Source of the DNA: Dimorphilus gyrociliatus | Taxonomy: Eukaryota; Animalia; Annelida | Direction: 5' to 3' | DNA length: 64,000 bases | Assembly (NCBI GenBank): GCA_904063045.1 | Contig: CAJFCJ010000048.1 | Span: 22,194-86,193, forward strand | Part shown: piece by piece, positions 58,801-64,000 of the stretch | How the letters are laid out: every line of letters starts with the position of its first letter | How positions within the stretch are numbered: the stretch's first letter is position 1 | Translations under genes and position numbers: made by a program | The notes under the pieces: model-generated | Database searches by the model: none | The model's input: only the letters and a program-made list of their open reading frames with translations | What the model was told of the DNA's origin: nothing

Positions 58801-61800
58801 TCTTTGCAGTTGTTTCCTGTACAGAAAAATATTCCATATATCATACGGAAGGATGCAAATGATTGTAATACCATTGCAATCCTCATCTGAATAATCAATG
58901 CAATTTCTTATTCCATCGCAAATCGCACTCTTTTTTATACACTGGTTGTTTTTGCAGAGGAAACTAGAGTTTTACAAAGGATTACCAAAAAGAAGAAGCG
59001 ATGAGGAGAAAATTATTGCTGTACCTATTCTCTTCATTGCAATTTGAATTAACTGAAAAAGTGGAGAGTTATTGGCTGGATTAGGGTTTTGGGGACATTT
59101 TCTATCCTTTCAATTAGGTTTCTTTTCAAATCTAACTAACCGCAATTTCTTTCATCTTCACCATTTTGGCAATCTTCCGTATGATCGCAAACTTTCTTTA
59201 CGTTTATTTCAAATCCATCTGAGCATTGAAAATAATGAATTTTGTCGCAATTCACTTCGTCTTCCCCATAAATGCAATTTTCAATTGAATCGCAAACATA
59301 TATGAAACCAATACAAATTTCACTTTTGCTACAGAAAAAAGAGTTTTTTGGACAGTTTGAAATGTTTCTATATGGAATTATTCTTTGTGAAATGGTAAAG
59401 TTATGAGAGAATTCCTCTGAAAAGAATTTTATTCTATATTCAAATAGATTGACGATCGACAGGAAACATTCGTAAAAGGAATTTAGGGTTAGGGAAAATA
59501 TTTCTCAATATCTACCAGTTTTCATTGAAATTTTGCAATTCCTGAATGTTTTATGTCTTATCCAAATAAATTGGGTTTATAAATGTCAACTGGATCAAAT
59601 ACTATATCTAACACTTTATTTGAATTTTAAAGCAAAATGACTGCAAATTTACTAACAATACAAAAAGTAACTGCAAAATTTCTCCTGAAGAGTCCAGTTG
59701 ACCTTATTTAAAGTATATGTTAAATTAATAATATCAATATTACTGATGTTGATTGTCTTTTGGCAAATAACTTTGAAAAATTGCAGTTGATCGCATTCCA
59801 CAATTACCAGTCCTTTTTCCTTGCTGAAACCAAGGCAACGATCTATCAATGATAGCTTTTCCACCCCATAAAAACAGTCTCTATTTTCAATATATAACAA
59901 AATAAAAACTTGTACTATTCCATTAGAAAAACGCAAACAGTTTGGTGGTGGGAAAGAGAAATTGGTTATTTTTAAGGTCAAGGTCAAAGTTAGGTTTAAA
60001 AAATTTACACTTTTTTCCCTTTCCTCACCCACGCATTCACTTTCAAAAAAATTATTTACTGGAAAATGTTGTGACTGTATGGAGAATTGATCATCTCGAA
60101 AGGAGTTCGATTACTAGACGATTTTTTCAATTTTCGCTTAGCGTTAACGTTCATGTAAGAGCTGTCTGTTGGTGGTGAGAAGACAAGCATGAAAAAGAAA
60201 TAGGTCATTGTCAGCTGCTTTTAACTTAATTAAAAGGAATTCCCCTACTATACCCAATGCTATAAATTCATAATTGATAACTTTTAACTCGGGAGTGTTC
60301 AATATATGCAACTTCAACGGTAAATGGTCCCCTAGCGGCAATAGTACATTTTCAAGAAAATGCCTTTCTTTCAATGACGACAATTGCAGTAGTGATAAAT
60401 TCTTTTTTTGGCAGAAAACTGATGATTTTTCAACTGATAATTCCTTTTCGCTAATGAAAATATTATAGCATTTATTTTGAAATTTATAAGTATTTGGCTG
60501 CCGACAGATGGCGTTATTATCATCTGAAATGAATGACAAGACTTGAAACATATCTATCGATGTTGTTTTCTGGTCGTCTGTCACCTGTATCCGTACTGTT
60601 GTAACAACGAAATTTTGGTATATAGTCCTTTACCTTTCGTTGTTTAGAGGATTGTTCGTTTATAGAGCAATTAGTTAATGCTTTCGCTCTTTTACAGTCA
60701 ATTTTTACTGAAGGAGGATAACGTATATTTCTATCTCTTACCAGTTCATCAATTTCAGAGTCAACATCTCCATTCCTAAAACCAAAATGGCGGCAAATCA
60801 TCTAGTGGAAAAAGTTTTTGAAAAGAAGAAGCAATACTCTTAAGTTAATTAATTAACAACTTGAATTTGTTTCGAGTTAAGATCAGAATAAATAACAGGT
60901 CTGAATTTTGATTTATAGCAAATCACTAAATGGCCGTATTGTTGTTCCCTCTCCTTTTTAGACGATGGAACACTGCTATTAAACAAGGCTATATCTTTTA
61001 ATCGAAATTCTCTATCTATAAAGAAATTATGAATTTTTTTGGCGCAATTAGTTGAATTACAAACCATTTTTATCTGTACAATCATTGAACAAACATTTGT
61101 TAAAAAGGCATAAATAGTTATCAATAAATTCAGTTCTTTCATCATCCTGTTCAATCACTCTCTGAAATCAGTTATTTTGAATATTTTACAATAGGATACT
61201 CTACTTCTTCCACTCCTCCCATCCTTCCCTACCCACTCACTCCCCTCCTTACATTTCGATAATAGAATATTCCATAGATATTCCTCATTGCATATTGCGG
61301 ACACTTTGAGAAAAAGTAATCATCGCAGTTAATCGAAGTTAGGGGAAGTCGTTGAAGAATTGATAGAAATTCTGTCCTATTTGGTTCTAAAAATGAATGA
61401 GTGAATGAATATATAGTATTCAGGGCCACTGAAAGAAATAGTCAAGAGAAGAGCTGTGGTTGCATGAATATCGCAGAGAATCCGGCGTTTATTTTTTTAT
61501 TATATAAAAATAAAATAGTTACCTTCTTTAACCAGGAATGGAAATACTCCTATTCCTTTGTTAACTAGTGCAACATATTCTGAATTATCGTATTCTTTAG
61601 GATACATATGATCTATTTTTTCAAGGGAATATCAGTGTATCAATTACTTATAATCAATAATTAACTGACTCAGTACTAATTTATCATTAGCAGACAAAAC
61701 GTTTGTGCAATTGCCAGATCGAAACACACTCGAGGAGAGTTTATGATTAACCAATAGATATTTCTCCTTGGCGAAATGCCAAAAGGAAATATCATAGGGA

Positions 61801-62751
61801 ACGCGAAATAGTGTGCCATGCGTTATGGATTCCTTATTAGTAAGGCGTGCTAGAGATCCAACACATACTCTATAATTAACATTTTGATATCTTGCGTAAA
61901 TAATATGAGATTGAAACTGCTGATTAGTTTTCATAATTTGAAATAAAAGGACACCTTCGAAGAGAATAAAAAAGATATTTATGTATTTATGTAATAAATG
62001 GTTTACTCATGCCATCGTTTGGTCAACTGGACCCACACTTATTAGAACTGTTTTCCAATGTATCAGTTATTCAATTCGCTTGAACCTCGTTCATATATAA
62101 AACAGTTTCAACTGTCGTTAAATTCCTCAAAAAGTCGAGTCCAGTTGATAACAATTTCCTTACCTGAGTTGTGTCTACACCTAAGTTGGTACAAGTGCAA
62201 AATACCAAAATTGTATGTGCATTGAATAGCAGATTTTCTGTTGAAAATGTTTTATTTTTTTTAGAAAGGACCAATGCATATAGTAGTGACACCTATTAAG
62301 AAAATCTTACAAAAAACAGGTCTTATTCGTGCAGATAGCAATTAATTTTTTATTTGTATCTGAGTAAATACAGAAAATGGGAAAATAATATGATGAAAAT
62401 GAAAGTCAGTTACAGTATGGTCTTGTGTATAAGACAGATAGCATACTATCATAACCAGCAAATGAGCATAGGTAAAAGTGAAAGAATGGTTTTTTTAAAA
62501 TATGACTAGAATGATATTCCAGATAAAATTCATTCCTCCATAAAATTGCCCTATTTTGAATTTGAAAATTTTTCAATTCCGTGTAAAGATTCACATATCT
62601 AAAAAAAAAAGAGAGAAAGAAAATTTATAATGTAAAACTGCCAATTTTTTTTTATCATTAACCAATATTACAGTTTTGTTTCGGTGCAATTTTTTGCATA
62701 TGTATTTTGTGGAATTGTTATAAAGTATACCAGCCAGATTAGCATGATCAT
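55875..62751 (-). CDS. LGR/GRL101-like receptor paralog C (multi-exon) with kinase-like tail
   Basis: Signal peptide MIMLIWLVYFITIPQNTYA at 62751; SRCR MICRHFGF...IDC; CTL NKCY...FC; at least 6 LDLa; LRRs; WRNGIFCKLSG. Spliced TM5-7 exons at 56900-56663 and 56594-56432 (LPINS). Tail exons at 56366-56323, 56264-56083 and 56021-55875. Confidence 0.85.
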
Positions 62752-62984
62752 GATTTAGAGAATAGTACAATAAAGAGAAATTTACTTTACTTCTGCCCTT
62801 TAAAAGAGCTCTCTAATTGTGAGTTATATTTTTTGTTATTTAAAGTTTGCTATTCAAAAGACAAAAATAGAACATCTGTACACGATCACTAACTCCTTTT
62901 GTTGTCAATGATGAAAAGAAAACATTGTAAAATCCTGATTAAAAATTATTTTGTCAGTAACAATAACAGCAAATTGTCTTTCTT

Positions 62985-63001
62985 TCTCTTTCTCTCTCTC
63001 A

Positions 63002-63047
<46 letters not shown>
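62985..63047. repeat. (CT)n(CA)n compound microsatellite in a divergent promoter gap
   Basis: Direct tandem repeat between two head-to-head start codons. Confidence 0.9.
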
Positions 63048-63049
<2 letters not shown>

Positions 63050-63120
63050 TCTAGAAATGTCATTTTTGAGAATGAATGATTGTATTAAATAGAGAAAGAC
63101 TAGTATTGATTTCAGTTGGA

Positions 63121-64000
63121 ATGTATCTCTTAACATACCTTTTCATCTTGTCAATTACAAGATTACATTCTGAAGAATGTGTTCAAAACAACTTTACAAT
63201 GTATCCCAAAAATTCTTACCCATATATATATATGTTTATGTTTAAACAATGAAATTGTTCTCAGGTCCAAACTATTTGATAATCAAGTTCGTTTTGAAAT
63301 TAATGAAGATCATCAACTGGTATTGAAGCATCAAAATATTCCAAAAAAGAAATTCTACTTAATTTATGATATTGCTCATTATTTTGAATATCCCGACTTT
63401 CATTATGATATTTGTTCAAGTAGGGGAATGGACAACCTTAGAGCTAATTTATACTCTGTCTACAAAACAAGTTTAATTATTTCTTTATATAACCTATTTA
63501 CCTCATTTTTGTTTAATGATGACCTTATTCTTTTGCAGCTGTATCATCCAATAGAGTTACAATGACCTGCAAAAAGAAGAATTGCGCATTGTCAGTAATA
63601 TTAGGTGAAGAATACTTTTCAAACGCGTCTTCGTATTTTTTTCTCTCTAGATTATTTCATAGAATTTGCAGAAAGAAGAGAAGGAAGGATGCTTTAATTA
63701 AAATTTACTATATTAAATGTTTTGAAAGGAAACCTTGTTTGTTATTTTTCTATTCTTGGTGGAAAATTCCTTATACCTTTCTTTCTCCCTCTCTCTCTCT
63801 CCTCTTATTCGTTTAACTGATTAGATTTCTATTTTGTCTCGGAGAATCAAGGATATCACAGAGCTAACAGAAAATACTTTAGGTATAAAAATGAATCGTA
63901 TATTGTGTGCTCTACGAAAAGTAAACTTCCATCAAACATTTGCACTGGAAAGTGCGTTGAGAGTGTCTTGACACAACTTTCAGTTTCCTCTCCATTTCAA
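63121..64000 (+). CDS. LGR-like paralog D, 5' part (runs off the window)
   Basis: Signal exon MYLLTYLFILSITRLHSEEC with a phase-2 intron 63201-63264. Exon 2 FYLIYDIAHYFEYPDFHYDICSSRGMDNLRANLYS aligns with paralog C FYLEYHSSHILKKPFFHFYLCSFAGYDSMLSVLYT. Confidence 0.65.

Noticed and set aside
1-64000. rRNA, tRNA and snRNA genes
   Set aside because: No recognisable conserved RNA gene sequence by eye; tRNAscan-SE and Infernal were not run.

Overview
This is strongly AT-rich, gene-dense eukaryotic DNA with very short GT-AG introns (about 45-80 nt). The gene content fits a compact-genome invertebrate, probably a lophotrochozoan; a small-intron annelid such as Dimorphilus is an inference only. The ORF track is fragmentary because most genes are multi-exon, so I spliced key exons by hand. 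Main content: (i) A cluster of four divergent GRL101/LGR-type receptor paralogs (38109-44066+, 44314-50867+, 55875-62751-, 63121->64000+). Their ectodomain is degenerate SRCR, SRCR, C-type lectin, multiple LDLa and LRR, followed by a 7TM domain. The three complete copies share a previously unannotated ~130-aa spliced cytoplasmic tail with the same exon phases (including an identical 44-nt exon) and a degenerate kinase-C-lobe-like pattern. (ii) An intronless RNI/NLRC3-like LRR family fused to two different ubiquitin-ligase modules (BC-box/Cul2-box-like, and RING-B-box-coiled-coil). (iii) Secreted PAN, FTP, discoidin and CBM14 proteins, a CD225 protein, two single-exon rhodopsin GPCRs and an unknown multipass protein. 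(iv) A YpgQ-like, bacterial-type HD hydrolase pseudogene split by a MITE. (v) Many Mutator (MULE) relics, a ~205-bp MULE-derived MITE carrying TTAGGG repeats with 9-bp TSDs, Tc1 and mariner relics, and an unclassified ~300-bp repeat. I found no rRNA, tRNA or CRISPR array.
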